Notes: generated by a model not told the origin, from the letters alone. A stretch of DNA of 64,000 nt from an uncultured delta proteobacterium (GCA_963743305.1 CAVUPH010000014.1:160001-224000), one strand, 5' to 3'; counted from the stretch's first letter, positions 1 to 10,678 are shown. Made by a program: numbers and translations.

Positions 1-1114
1 CGGCCCCTTTGATCTTTTCGACCCCACCGGCTTCCGAGTTCAGATAGCCGCCCAGGTACGTAATTTTTCCGCAACCGACTATTTCAGCCGGCGGGAAATT
101 CAGCGGCTTTCCCGGGCGGATCTATTTGGTCTGATAGCGGCCGGGGAGGCCCTGGGGGATGCCGGCCTGGAAAAAGGTTTTGAATCCCCGGATCGGGTAG
201 CGGTGTTTTTGGGGGCCGCCGCCGGGGGGATTTATCCCACGGAGCTCTATCGTCAGGAAGTCTATCAGCGAAAAAAAAGAAGGCATCCGGCTATTCTTTT
301 GTCCTTTCCGTTTTGCACCCTCACCGATCAGATAGGCAACCGCTACGGTGTATCCGGTCCCCGGGCCACTATCGACACGGCCTGCTCTTCAACGATCACC
401 GCCATTGGTTTAGGCTTCGACTGGATCAGGGACGGTTTAGTGGATTTCGTCGTCACCGGGGGGACCGAATCGCTTTCTCAATTGACCTTTTCCGGGTTTA
501 ATACCCTGAAGGCCCTGGATCCCCAGCCTTGCCGGCCCTTTGACCGGCAGCGTCAGGGTCTTTCGCTGGGAGAGGGGGCCGGGATGATGATCCTGGAACC
601 GCTGGAACAGGCCCGGTCCAGGGGTGCGAAAATATATGCCGAGATTCTGGGGTACGGCACTTCGGCCGATGCCCACCACATTACGGCGCCGCATCCCGAA
701 GGCTACGGCGCGGTCTTATCCATGCAGCGGGCCATGCAGCGGGCCGGGATCACTGCGTCGTCCGTGGATTTCATCAGTGCCCACGGCACGGCCACCCCGG
801 CCAATGATCCCATTGAGACCAAGGCCATCAAGGGAGTTTTCGGGGAGCGGGCCTCCAGGATCCCGGTCACCTCGATAAAATCATCGATCGGACACTGCCT
901 GGGATCTGCCGGGGTGTTGGGGGCCGAGTCGGCCATCCTCGCCCTGCTTCACGGGGTCCTGCCCCCCACCTTGCATTTTAAGGAGCGGGACCCGGATTGC
1001 GACCTGGACGTAGTGTTCAACCAAGCCCGAAAAAAGGAGGTGGCTACCGTAATCTGCAACGCCTTTGCCTTCGGGGGCAATAACAGTTCCATTATTTTTT
1101 CCAAACTGAGATGA
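1..1114 (+). CDS. beta-ketoacyl-ACP synthase (FabF-like KS), 5' end outside the window
   Basis: Frame open from position 2; catalytic motifs DTACSS, SAHGTAT, KSSIGH and C-terminal NAFAFGGNN. Confidence 0.9.
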   Translation, partial: GPFDLFDPTGFRVQIAAQVRNFSATDYFSRREIQRLSRADLFGLIAAGEALGDAGLEKGFESPDRVAVFLGAAAGGIYPTELYRQEVYQRKKRRHPAILLSFPFCTLTDQIGNRYGVSGPRATIDTACSSTITAIGLGFDWIRDGLVDFVVTGGTESLSQLTFSGFNTLKALDPQPCRPFDRQRQGLSLGEGAGMMILEPLEQARSRGAKIYAEILGYGTSADAHHITAPHPEGYGAVLSMQRAMQRAGITASSVDFISAHGTATPANDPIETKAIKGVFGERASRIPVTSIKSSIGHCLGSAGVLGAESAILALLHGVLPPTLHFKERDPDCDLDVVFNQARKKEVATVICNAFAFGGNNSSIIFSKLR

Positions 1115-2338
1115 TTGACGGATTCGCCAGCACCGGAATAGTCGTCACCGGTATCGGGATTATCGGTTCCCTGGGGATAGGGCGGGAGACCTTTTGGAAT
1201 AATTTTCTATCCGGCCAATCCGGGATTAAAACCGATCCAGGAATTCCTTCCCCTGGAAACAAAGATTCACTTCGGCGGGGAGGTGGAAGGGTTCCGTCCC
1301 AAGGAGTATCTCTCGCCCCTGGTTTATCGAAAGATGGGCCGGTCTTCCCGGCTGGCCGTAGTGGCCAGCCTGGAGGCCCTGCAGGATGCCGGACTGGAGA
1401 TCAATGACCTCAATAGGGATCGCATCGGGGTCTTTGCCGGCACGGGTTACGGCAATTCCGGGCTGACGGACGAATATTTTGTCAGTTTCATGGAAGGCGG
1501 CCCCCAGGGGGCCAATCCCCTTTTATTTGCCGATACGGTCCCCAATACGGCCGGCAGCCACATCAGCCTCTATCATCGCTTGCGGGGCCCCATCACCACC
1601 TTTTGCCAGAATTTAATCTCCGCCGAACTGGCCTTGATCTATGCCTGCCGGCAGTTGCAGGCCGGATCGGCCGAGGCCATCCTGGTGGTGGGGGTGGATG
1701 AGCTTTCTCCCATCGTTATGCATGCCTTTTCGGTGTTAAAAGGGCTGAATCCCTCCATCAATCCTATTCTGGGAGGGGGGCCGGTTTTAGGAGAAGGGGC
1801 CTGCGTTCTGGTTTTGGAACGCCGGGAGCAGGCCCTCATCCGCCGGGCTCCGATTTACGGGGAGATCTCCGCTCTGGCCCTGAACAGCGGGGTTACCCGG
1901 GCGGGCCACTATGAAGAGGAAGGCCGGGCCATGAAAAAGGTGGTTCAGGAATGCCTGGATAAAGAGGGGACTCGCGGCAGGACGCCGGATCTGATCAGCC
2001 TCTCGGCCGATTTTTCAGGGGAGCTGGATCCCCGCGAATTCCAGGTTCTGCGGGAGATTTTCGGGAACGGCTGGTCCGGGATTGCCCTTTCCCCGTTGAA
2101 ATATTTCGCCGGAGAATATGGCGGGATGGGGGCGCTTCGGTTGGCTATACTCCTTTTAGCTTTCCGGGACCAGATGATCCCCCCCACGGTGAACCCGGAC
2201 CAATTGGAAGCGGGAACCCCCTGGGACCGGCGTTACCTGCCCGCCCGCCCCGGGAAAATCAATCGGGGCCTGCTGACCGGCTTCACCTTCGGAGGCGGGA
2301 ACGCCTGCCTGGCGGTTCAAAAAAGTCCCGGTTTATAG
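1111..2338 (+). CDS. Catalytically inactive ketosynthase / chain-length-factor-like protein (one +1 indel near 1228-1231)
   Basis: VVTGIGIIGSLG start; removing one A in AAAA joins ORFs 1111 and 1283; Cys/His/His positions read NLIS, SLSADFS, KYFAGE; ends FTFGGGN; ATGA overlap with KS. Confidence 0.75.
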
Positions 2339-3676
2339 GAATCCGGCGCCTTCGGCCCGTTCCCGCTCTTTTCGGCCTTCCGTCAAATCCACCCCTTTGA
2401 GGAGCAGGAACCCGATGACAAACAGGATTCCAATGGATAGAATTCCCCAACGCAGGCTCCCGGTGATCTGAATAGTCAGCCCGTAGATCAGGGGCCCGAA
2501 GATAGCCGAAAATTTCCCGATCACTCCAAAAAAACCAAAGAACTCAGCGCTGGCTTTGGGTGGGGTTAATTGCCCCTGCAGGGCCCGCGAGGCCGATTGA
2601 CTTCCGCCCAAAACCAGACCGGCCAGGAATCCCAGGGCCCAGAACTCATTTTTCAGGGACCCGAAGAATCCCAGGAAAAAAGCCCAAACCGTAATGAGCA
2701 TCCAGACCATTAAACTTAGCGTAATCGCCTGTTTATTTCCCCAGGCCTCGGACAGTTTTCCAAATAGCAATGCCCCCCCGAAGGCTGTAGCCTGGATAAA
2801 GAGAAAGAAGAGGATCAGCTCCTGGTCCTTAAAGCCCACGATCTCCGCCCCAAAAATAGAAGCCATGATGATCACGGTTTCCACCCCCTCGTTATAAAAG
2901 AGATAGGCCAGGAGAAAACGTCCCAGTTGCCGAAATTGGCCTACTCGTTTCCCGGTTTCGGAGAGGCGTCGAAAACCGATAGCCAGATAGTTTTGACTTT
3001 GACCGGATGGCAGCGAGTGCCGGGGGGAGGCTTTTTCCCTCACCCAGACCATGGTCGGAAGAGCAAAAAGCAGCCACCAGAGGGCGGCGGAAAGAAAACA
3101 ATCCTGGACGGTAAAATAGCCGCGGGGAAGTCCCAGCAGGAAGGGGAATTGGAGCATAATCAGGTTGATCAGCAACAGCAGTCCGCCGCCCAGGTAGCCT
3201 ACGGCCCAACCCAACCCGGAAACCCAGCCCAATTGTTCCTCCCGGCAGATCTCCGGCAGAAAGGCGTTATAAAAAACATTTCCGGCGGCAAAGCCGATAT
3301 TGGCCAGGATGAAGAAAAAAGCGGCCCTCAGGTAGGTCCCTTCACGGGTAAAGTAGAGCAGTCCGGTGAAGATTACTCCGACCAGCCAAAAAAATACCAA
3401 CATCTTTTTCTTGGCCCGGGAATAGTCGGCTATGGCGCCTAATACCGGGGCCAAAATGGCAGAAATAGCCAAGCTGACCGAGACGGTAAAGGTAAAAAAG
3501 GCCGCCCCATGGAAATGCATCCCTAAAAAATCCACCCCCTGGGCCCCCTGCGCGATTTTCAGGGCGAAGTATTTATTGAAAATCACCGCCAGGATCGTCG
3601 TGGCAAAAGCGGAATTGGCAAAGTCATAAGAAGCCCAACTGTAAATTTCCCGACGGTTATATGCAGGATCAGGCAT
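2333..3676 (-). CDS. MFS transporter, UMF1/Atg22-like family
   Basis: SWASYDFANSAF, LGAIAD, FYNAFLP, QSASR motifs; about 12 hydrophobic segments. Confidence 0.85.
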   Translation of the reverse strand: MPDPAYNRREIYSWASYDFANSAFATTILAVIFNKYFALKIAQGAQGVDFLGMHFHGAAFFTFTVSVSLAISAILAPVLGAIADYSRAKKKMLVFFWLVGVIFTGLLYFTREGTYLRAAFFFILANIGFAAGNVFYNAFLPEICREEQLGWVSGLGWAVGYLGGGLLLLINLIMLQFPFLLGLPRGYFTVQDCFLSAALWWLLFALPTMVWVREKASPRHSLPSGQSQNYLAIGFRRLSETGKRVGQFRQLGRFLLAYLFYNEGVETVIIMASIFGAEIVGFKDQELILFFLFIQATAFGGALLFGKLSEAWGNKQAITLSLMVWMLITVWAFFLGFFGSLKNEFWALGFLAGLVLGGSQSASRALQGQLTPPKASAEFFGFFGVIGKFSAIFGPLIYGLTIQITGSLRWGILSIGILFVIGFLLLKGVDLTEGRKERERAEGAGFL

Positions 3677-3854
3677 CCATGATAACCTCGCAAAAAGTCA
3701 AAATACAACTTTCTGCTCGGCGGGGGAGGGGAAGCCCTCCTCCGCCATTTGAAGTGAATTCAAATGGTCCCACCCCCACCCCAGCCCGGCGCTTATTCGC
3801 GCTCGGCCTGTTGACGACCTTCTTCCGAGTCCGTCCATGATAACCTCGCAAAAA
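3676..3854. repeat. MITE-like palindromic element, family A, copy 1
   Basis: TCCATGATAACCTCGCAAAAA at 3676 and again at 3834; degenerate inverted end GACCTTCTTCCGAGTCCGTC; internal hairpins; same left end as at 16351. Confidence 0.65.
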
Positions 3855-3863
3855 TTCTCCCGG

Positions 3864-5639
3864 TTAGAAGAGGGACAATTGTCGACGGCGAGGGCGGTGC
3901 GGCTTCAAGGTTTCCGGTAGGGAGACGGTTGATTTCAGCATTTCCTCGATATCTCCTAAAAAAGGAGAGGGCGCCTGCCACAGCGTTTGCCCGTACAAGC
4001 GTCTTTTTTTCGCCCAGGTTAAAAAAATATTTTGGGTGGCCCGGGTCAGGCCGACATAAAAAAGGCGCCGTTCTTCCTCCGGGTCACTTTCTCTAAAAAC
4101 GGTCAGGGGCAACAGGTTAGCCTCGCACCCGGAAAGGATGACAAAGGGAAACTCCAATCCCTTGGCGGCGTGGAGGGTCAGGAGTTTAACATTTTCCTGA
4201 TCCGGTTCATAGGAATCCAAACCGGTCTGCAGGGAAAGGATCTCCAGGAAAGATTCCAGACCGCCTTGGAAGGTGGCGGCCAGAAAACGAAGTTTCTTGA
4301 GGCCCTCGGTGGGTTGGTTCGGGTCGGTTCCCGAAGCCCGGCGCTGGGGGACGTTCGGGTCTCGACTCGGAAGGGTAAGGGCTTGCTCAACCGCCTTCAG
4401 CGCTGTTCCTTGAAAGGGAAGCAGGGATTTCAAGCGGGCAAACAACTGCCGAACTTCAGGGCAATCGGACCAATGCCTTTCCTGAACCTTCTTATAGGGA
4501 ACGCCTTTTTCATCAAAGATCCGGCCGATTATTTCCCCCTGGTCATGAAGCCGGTAAAGGACGGCAAAGTCGGCCAGGCTGACCGATTGTTCATCGGTAG
4601 CCGCAGGTCCCGAGGTCAGGAAAGAAAAGCCGCCCAGACGCTGTTCGATCAATTCCGCCAGATAACGGGCTTCTTCCTCGGCCGAAGGCAGCTCCGCTAC
4701 AGGAAGGGTCGGATCTCCGATTTTGGCGGTCTTCATTCGGAAGGGGACGGCCCGTGAAGAGGCGGAGATGACCTGGCTGGAGGCTTTCAGGATGGTTTGA
4801 TTCAGCCGAAAGGTGTCTTCTAAATGAATTTCGGTTAACCGGGGGACTTCCCCCCTCAGTCGATCAAAAAAATCCGCCCTCGCCCCGCGGAAACCGTAAA
4901 TAGCCTGATTCGGGTCACCGATCACCAACCACTCACCCTGGTCGCCGGTCAGCAGGCGGAAGAGGCGATACTGGGCGGTATTAATGTCTTGAAATTCATC
5001 GACTAACACCTGGGGAACCCGGAGTTGCCACTGTTTTCGAAAAACCGGTTGTTCCTGCAGAAGAAAGACCGTTTGCTGAATCAGATCATCAAAATCCCAC
5101 CAGTTTTGATCGGAGAGCCGCTTCTGGTATGTCCGATAAACTGCGGGCCACTCCGGTAAACCGTCCCACTCAGGCAGTTGTTCCGCCTCTTCGGGTGTGC
5201 GGAGTGAGCCTTTGGCTAAAGAAATGCGCCGGGCTAGCTCCTTCAGTTGCTTTGCCGGCAATTTATTCCGGAGACCTCGCCGGGAGCTGCTTAGTACATC
5301 TAAGGCCTCGTTTTCAGACAATAACTTATGGTTGGGAAAAAAGGACTGCCGGAGGAGCCTGTAGCTGAAACCATGAAATGTGGTTATCCAGGGATGGTCG
5401 GCGCCCGAATCCCGGGGAAGGAGTTGCGCCGCCCGAACCCGCATTTCCTCCGCGGCTTGATTAGTAAAGGTAACGGCTAAAATGTTTTTGGGGGAAAGAC
5501 CCTGCTCAAGGACCAAATAGGCCAAGCGATGGGTTAAGGTCCGGGTTTTCCCCGTCCCCGGGCCGGCTAAGACCATTAGAGGGCCTCCGCGGTAGGTCAC
5601 CGCCTGCCATTGTTGGGCTGTTAAGGCCGCCTGGTTCAT
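3864..5639 (-). CDS. UvrD/PcrA-family SF1 DNA helicase (short form)
   Basis: AGPGTGKT, TFTNQAA, VDEFQD, GDPNQAIYGFRGA, TLHAAKGLEF, EERRLFYVGLTRA. Confidence 0.9.
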   Translation of the reverse strand: MNQAALTAQQWQAVTYRGGPLMVLAGPGTGKTRTLTHRLAYLVLEQGLSPKNILAVTFTNQAAEEMRVRAAQLLPRDSGADHPWITTFHGFSYRLLRQSFFPNHKLLSENEALDVLSSSRRGLRNKLPAKQLKELARRISLAKGSLRTPEEAEQLPEWDGLPEWPAVYRTYQKRLSDQNWWDFDDLIQQTVFLLQEQPVFRKQWQLRVPQVLVDEFQDINTAQYRLFRLLTGDQGEWLVIGDPNQAIYGFRGARADFFDRLRGEVPRLTEIHLEDTFRLNQTILKASSQVISASSRAVPFRMKTAKIGDPTLPVAELPSAEEEARYLAELIEQRLGGFSFLTSGPAATDEQSVSLADFAVLYRLHDQGEIIGRIFDEKGVPYKKVQERHWSDCPEVRQLFARLKSLLPFQGTALKAVEQALTLPSRDPNVPQRRASGTDPNQPTEGLKKLRFLAATFQGGLESFLEILSLQTGLDSYEPDQENVKLLTLHAAKGLEFPFVILSGCEANLLPLTVFRESDPEEERRLFYVGLTRATQNIFLTWAKKRRLYGQTLWQAPSPFLGDIEEMLKSTVSLPETLKPHRPRRRQLSLF

Positions 5640-5687
5640 GGTTGGTAGTCAAAAATGGCGGAGGTGATTGTCTCCTTCCGGAGCCTG

Positions 5688-5725
5688 AAAAAAGGGAAAG
5701 GCCCGGAAATATTCCGGGCCTTTCC
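5688..5725 (-). terminator. Intrinsic terminator after the ferredoxin gene
   Basis: GGAAAGGCCCGGAA-N3-TTCCGGGCCTTTCC hairpin with T run on the minus strand. Confidence 0.7.
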
Positions 5726-5747
5726 AAAAAAGCACCGTGAAAAAAGG

Positions 5748-5933
5748 TTAAACTTCTTTTACAGTGATTGCAGCAGTTTCACAAACTTCCACGCAACTTT
5801 CGCAGCCCAAGCATTCATCCATATTAACGGGAACGGCCTTGTTGTCCTGCAATTCGAATACCCCTACCGGACAAGTATCGACGCAATTGGAATCCCCAGT
5901 GCATTTGTCCGTGTCCACGGTTACCTGAAACAT
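5748..5933 (-). CDS. Dicluster (7Fe/8Fe) ferredoxin
   Basis: CTGDSNCVDTCP and CLGCESCVEVC motifs; AGGAGG ribosome-binding site. Confidence 0.9.
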   Translation of the reverse strand: MFQVTVDTDKCTGDSNCVDTCPVGVFELQDNKAVPVNMDECLGCESCVEVCETAAITVKEV

Positions 5934-6191
5934 TGATGTTTCCTCCTTGCTTTTTGGTTGGTTTGTTCACCAAAGAACGGTGTCTTGATTTATAAAGGCC
6001 TTATTCTGGTGGTCAAACGATAAACGGGGAGAGACTAAAACATTTTTCTATAAAGGTCAAATATTTTTTTCCATGAGATAGAATGGCGGGGCAATAAGCG
6101 TTGACCGCCGAAATAATTGTGATAAACTGATCTATAAAAGAAGAATAAATCTTTCATCAATGATTTAAGCAAATTATCAGAGGAGCCGCCG

Positions 6192-6920
6192 ATGTTGAGT
6201 GATCGGGAAGTCCAACGGTACGACCGCCAAATCATGCTTCAGGGGTTTGGGATCGAAGGACAGGAAAAATTAAAAAAAAGCCGCGTGCTGGTAGCCGGCG
6301 TGGGCGGGTTAGGTTCCCCGGCGGCCATCTATTTAGCGGCGGCCGGGATAGGATCATTGCGTCTGGTAGATCGGGATCAAGTGGAACTGAGCAATTTGAA
6401 TCGCCAAATCCTTCATTGGGAAGAGGACTTGGGCCGCTATAAGGTGGAATCCGCCCGGAGGAAGCTATCCGGACTCAACCCGGAAGTGGCGATCGAGATT
6501 GTTCAGGAGGATATCCGGGAAGATAACCTTTCCGACTTGATGGCTGGATGCGACCTGATCGTCGACGGACTGGATAATTTCTCGACCCGCTATCTCATCA
6601 ATCGATTTATCCAGAAAAATGGCCTGCCCTTTATTTATGGGGGCATCCTGGGGATGATGGGCATGGCCACATTCATCTGGCCGGGGCGAACACCCTGTCT
6701 GAAATGCCTCTTCCCCCAAGCCCCTGAACCTAAAAAATTCCCGGTACTGGGCACCACTCCCGGAATCATTGGACTGATTGAAGCCAACGAGGCGATCAAA
6801 TATCTGGTGGGCCTGGGTAAGCTATTGACCGGGAGGCTTTTGGTTTACAATGGCCAGGAGCTGCGTTTTTCCGAGGTGCCGATCGACCGAAACCCGGAGT
6901 GCCCGGCCTGTGCGGCTTAG
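6192..6920 (+). CDS. MoeB/ThiF/HesA-family adenylyltransferase
   Basis: RYDRQI, GVGGLG, SNLNRQ, DGLDN, CLKC and CPAC zinc motifs. Confidence 0.9.
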   Translation: MLSDREVQRYDRQIMLQGFGIEGQEKLKKSRVLVAGVGGLGSPAAIYLAAAGIGSLRLVDRDQVELSNLNRQILHWEEDLGRYKVESARRKLSGLNPEVAIEIVQEDIREDNLSDLMAGCDLIVDGLDNFSTRYLINRFIQKNGLPFIYGGILGMMGMATFIWPGRTPCLKCLFPQAPEPKKFPVLGTTPGIIGLIEANEAIKYLVGLGKLLTGRLLVYNGQELRFSEVPIDRNPECPACAA

Positions 6921-6939
6921 TTTTCCTAAGGGAATACCC

Positions 6940-7626
6940 ATGACCGATCCTATAAAAATAAATCCCCTGTTCAGTGGGTTGGATGAGGAGGGTTTGCTCC
7001 GTATCAAAGAAATTTCCGGCCGCCGGGAGATAAAGAAAGGGGAAAGTCTCTTCAGCCAAGGAGAGGAGGCTCAAGGTTTTTATCTGGTCCTGCAGGGACG
7101 AATAAAAATTTATCGTTTGTCTCCCCAGGGGAAAGAGTATGTCTTGCGGATCGTCGGCCCTGGAGAAACGTTGGCAGAAGCGGCTGTTTTTTCAGGAAAA
7201 ACATATCCAGCCTCAGCCGATTCTCTGGAGGACAGCCGACTTTATTATTTTAGAAAGAGTGACTTCGTTCACCTCATCCGACAGGACCCCCAATTGGCCC
7301 TGAATATGATTTCCGGCCTCTCCCTCCTGCTTCGGAATCTGGCCCAGCAGGTGGAGGACCTTTCCCTGCATGAGGTCTCCTCCCGTCTGGCCCGTTATCT
7401 ACTGGATCAAGCCGATAAAAAGAATATCCCCTTGATTGACGGAGTCCAAATTCCGCTCGAAGTGAAAAAAAATCTGCTGGCCAGCCGATTGGGGACTATT
7501 GGAGAGACCCTTTCCAGGACATTGGCCAAAATGAAACAGCGGGGACTTCTGGAGATCAAAAAAGATGCCGTTATCATTCAGAACCTTGAGCTGCTAAAAG
7601 AGGTTGCCGAGGGGTTCAAATTATAA
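6940..7626 (+). CDS. Crp/Fnr-family regulator (HcpR/Dnr-like)
   Basis: cNMP-type domain LFSQGE...GETLAE; HTH LASRLGTIGETLSR; no N-terminal Cys cluster. Confidence 0.85.
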   Translation: MTDPIKINPLFSGLDEEGLLRIKEISGRREIKKGESLFSQGEEAQGFYLVLQGRIKIYRLSPQGKEYVLRIVGPGETLAEAAVFSGKTYPASADSLEDSRLYYFRKSDFVHLIRQDPQLALNMISGLSLLLRNLAQQVEDLSLHEVSSRLARYLLDQADKKNIPLIDGVQIPLEVKKNLLASRLGTIGETLSRTLAKMKQRGLLEIKKDAVIIQNLELLKEVAEGFKL

Positions 7627-7651
7627 TACAGTTTTTATCAGGAGGTTGATT

Positions 7652-8575
7652 TTGGATTTGATTTTTTTAGGAACGGGATCGGCTTGGGGGGTACCCGAAC
7701 TAGGTTGCCCCTGCCGGATTTGTCAAAAGATGCGGTCCCTCCAGGAAGAACGGACCCGGAGCGCCTTTTTGCTTTCAGGCCGAGAAACCCTGCTCTTGGA
7801 TTGCGGGCCGGATATACGCCGGCAGTTGGCGAACTGGCCCCTAGATCGATTGGATGCCATCCTCATCAGCCATGAACACGCCGACCATTACTTCGGGCTG
7901 GATGAGCTCTTGGCTTTCCGCCGCCGACTCCCCCGGGAGAAATGGCGGCCCATCCCGACTTACGCCACCAAGGCTTCCTGGACCTCCATCAAAAAAACCT
8001 TCGGTTATTTGCTGGACTCGCTGCTGGAACCGAGGATCGCCAACCCGGGAGAACGGTTGGCGGGCCTGGCCACGGAGGTCTATCCCTTTAAAACCTTTCA
8101 TGGCGAATCAGCCCCCGGGTCAGTCGGTTATATCGTCGAAGAAACCGGTTCCGGAAACCATCACAAACTGGTGTACACTTCGGACTTTTTCGATTTGCCG
8201 AAGGAGGAACCCCGAGTAACGGACCCGGACATTTTGATTCTGCAATGCCATTGGCTTAACGAGCCGGTGATCAACCGGCCTCATCAAATGAGCCTGGAGC
8301 GGGGGATTGAATTTGTCAAATTATGGAAACCCCGGAGAGCGGTTTATTTGGTTCATCTTTCGGAGGCCTACCCGATTGACGGCGACCCCGCCAATGACGC
8401 CCTGAAGAAAGTGGCCGCCCGGAAGCCGAAGCGGGACCCGCAAACCGACCTGCCCTATCCCCTTCCGAGCTGTCAGGGGGAATGGCAGGAGGTGGCCGGC
8501 CGGCTTTTCAGCAACGAAGGACTTGACGTCCCGGTCATCGTTCCCCGGGATGGGCTCAAGGTAACCCTCTGGTAA
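7652..8575 (+). CDS. Metallo-beta-lactamase-fold hydrolase (PhnP/YcfL-like)
   Basis: FLGTG...GVP..GCPC..C, LLDCGPD, SHEHADH; GGAGG before TTG start. Confidence 0.8.
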   Translation: MDLIFLGTGSAWGVPELGCPCRICQKMRSLQEERTRSAFLLSGRETLLLDCGPDIRRQLANWPLDRLDAILISHEHADHYFGLDELLAFRRRLPREKWRPIPTYATKASWTSIKKTFGYLLDSLLEPRIANPGERLAGLATEVYPFKTFHGESAPGSVGYIVEETGSGNHHKLVYTSDFFDLPKEEPRVTDPDILILQCHWLNEPVINRPHQMSLERGIEFVKLWKPRRAVYLVHLSEAYPIDGDPANDALKKVAARKPKRDPQTDLPYPLPSCQGEWQEVAGRLFSNEGLDVPVIVPRDGLKVTLW

Positions 8576-8596
8576 ATCGGTTTTGCAGGAGGAATT

Positions 8597-9574
8597 ATGC
8601 TTTTCCCTGATTATCGCCCGCGGCGCTTGCGAAAGAACGAAACTTTTCGCCGCCTGATTCGAGAAACCACCTTGGCGGTGGATAATCTGATTTATCCCCT
8701 GTTCGTAGTCCCGGGCAAAGGAGTGCGGCGCCCGATTGTCTCCATGCCCGGAGTGTTTCAGCTCTCCGTTGATGAGTTGATCAAAGAGGCCCGGGAAATC
8801 CTGGCGGCCCGAATACCGGCCATTATCCTCTTCGGGATCCCCGATAAAAAAGATGATCGGGCTTCCGGAGCCTATGCCGCCGAAGGGATCATTCAGCGGG
8901 CGATTAAAGCCCTTAAAGATAAGGTACCGGATTTATTGGTTATAGGAGATGTCTGTCTCTGCGAGTATATGAGCCATGGCCATTGCGGACTTATCCGCCA
9001 GGGGGAAGTGGATAACGACGCCACCTTGGAACTCCTGGCCCGGACGGCCCTCTCTCAGGTCAAGGCCGGGGCGGATATGGTCGCCCCCAGCGATATGATG
9101 GACGGCCGGGTGGCCGAAATCCGTCAGGCTTTGGATGAGAACGGTTTTGAGCAGATCCCCATCATGGCCTATTCCGCCAAATACGCCTCGGCCTTTTACG
9201 GGCCCTTCCGCGAGGCCGCCGAATCGGCCCCTCAGTTCGGCGACCGAAAATCGTATCAGATGGATCCCCCCAATGTGCGAGAGGCGATCCGGGAGGCCAG
9301 CCTGGATATGGAGGAAGGGGCGGATATCCTGATGGTCAAACCGGCCCTGCCCTACCTGGATGTGATTGCCAAAGTCCGGGAGGAGTTTGACCTGCCGGTG
9401 GCCGCCTATAACGTGAGCGGTGAGTACGCCATGGTCAAGGCCGCCGCCCTCCAGGGGTGGCTGGATGAAGAAAAAGTGATGATGGAAATGCTCATCGCCA
9501 TCCGCCGGGCCGGGGCCGACTTGATCTTGACTTATTTTGCCAAGCAAGCGGCGGCCCTGCTGCAGAACCGCTAA
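8597..9574 (+). CDS. hemB: Porphobilinogen synthase
   Basis: [46 protein letters not shown]. Confidence 0.97.
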   Translation: MLFPDYRPRRLRKNETFRRLIRETTLAVDNLIYPLFVVPGKGVRRPIVSMPGVFQLSVDELIKEAREILAARIPAIILFGIPDKKDDRASGAYAAEGIIQRAIKALKDKVPDLLVIGDVCLCEYMSHGHCGLIRQGEVDNDATLELLARTALSQVKAGADMVAPSDMMDGRVAEIRQALDENGFEQIPIMAYSAKYASAFYGPFREAAESAPQFGDRKSYQMDPPNVREAIREASLDMEEGADILMVKPALPYLDVIAKVREEFDLPVAAYNVSGEYAMVKAAALQGWLDEEKVMMEMLIAIRRAGADLILTYFAKQAAALLQNR

Positions 9575-10678
9575 ATGCATCCGAACGCTGAAACCGCCGC
9601 GGGCGGACCGTCGATTCCTCCGATACGGCTGGTCGCCTGGGAGGTGACCCGGCAGTGCAACCTGTCCTGCCTCCACTGCCGGGCCTCCGCGGTCCTGGGG
9701 CCCTATGCCGACGAACTGACCACGCACGAGGGCCTGAAACTTTTAGACCAAATCCGGGAAGTGGGTCAGCCGGTGATCATCCTCACCGGCGGGGAACCCC
9801 TGCTGCGCCCGGATATATTTGAACTGGCCCGTTACGGCCACGAACTGGGATTGCGCATGGTCATGGCCGTGAACGGGACCCTGCTGGATCCGGCCACGGC
9901 GTTGAAATTAAAAACCGCCGGCATCCAACGAATCAGCGTCAGCCTCGACGGCGCCACGGCCGAAGGCCACGATCACTTCCGCCAGATGCCGGGGGCCTTT
10001 GCCGGGGTCCTTAAAGGAGTCGAGGCCGCCAAAACCGTGGGCCTGGAATTTCAAATCAATACCACCATCACCCGTCTCAATTTGGAGGAGATTCCCCAAA
10101 TCCAGGAGCTGGTCAAACAACTAGGGGCCGTGGCCCACCATATTTTCATGCTGGTTCCCACCGGGCGGGGCCGGTCTTTAACGGAGCAGACCATTTCCGC
10201 GGAGGAATATGAGCAAACATTGACCGGACTGGTTAAGAGAAAGGATGAATTTCCCCTGCCCATTAAAGCCACCTGCGCTCCCCATTATTACCGGATCCTT
10301 CGGGAGCTGGCCCGGCAGGAAGGGCAGGAAATTACCGTAAAAACCCATGGCCTCGATGCCATGACCCGGGGCTGCCTGGGCGGGACCGGTTTTTGTTTCA
10401 TTTCCCATCGGGGGCAGGTCCAGCCTTGCGGCTATTTGGAACTCGAAGCCGGCAACGTCCGCCGGGAAACCTTTAAAACCATCTGGGAAGCCTCGCCGCT
10501 CTTTTCAGCCCTGCGGGACAAATCGCAGTATCAGGGCAAGTGCGGGCAGTGTGAATATTTTCGGGTTTGTGGGGGGTGCCGGGCCCGCGCCTTTGCGGCT
10601 ACTGGAAATTATTTAGGCGAGGAACCCCTCTGCAGCTACCAACCCAAACGCCGGGTGGGCGCCAAGAGCCATTCATGA
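9575..10678 (+). CDS. ahbD: Radical SAM heme b synthase (Fe-coproporphyrin decarboxylase)
   Basis: AWEVTRQCNLSCLHCRA, KATCAPHYYR, GCLGG, SPASM CGQC...CGGCRARA; hemB-ahbD-ahbA context. Confidence 0.85.
   Translation: MHPNAETAAGGPSIPPIRLVAWEVTRQCNLSCLHCRASAVLGPYADELTTHEGLKLLDQIREVGQPVIILTGGEPLLRPDIFELARYGHELGLRMVMAVNGTLLDPATALKLKTAGIQRISVSLDGATAEGHDHFRQMPGAFAGVLKGVEAAKTVGLEFQINTTITRLNLEEIPQIQELVKQLGAVAHHIFMLVPTGRGRSLTEQTISAEEYEQTLTGLVKRKDEFPLPIKATCAPHYYRILRELARQEGQEITVKTHGLDAMTRGCLGGTGFCFISHRGQVQPCGYLELEAGNVRRETFKTIWEASPLFSALRDKSQYQGKCGQCEYFRVCGGCRARAFAATGNYLGEEPLCSYQPKRRVGAKSHS

Noticed and set aside
5984-6172. FNR/HcpR-like half sites (TTGAT..., TTGTGA...) between fdx and moeB
   Set aside because: No complete palindrome; the AT-rich background makes chance matches likely.
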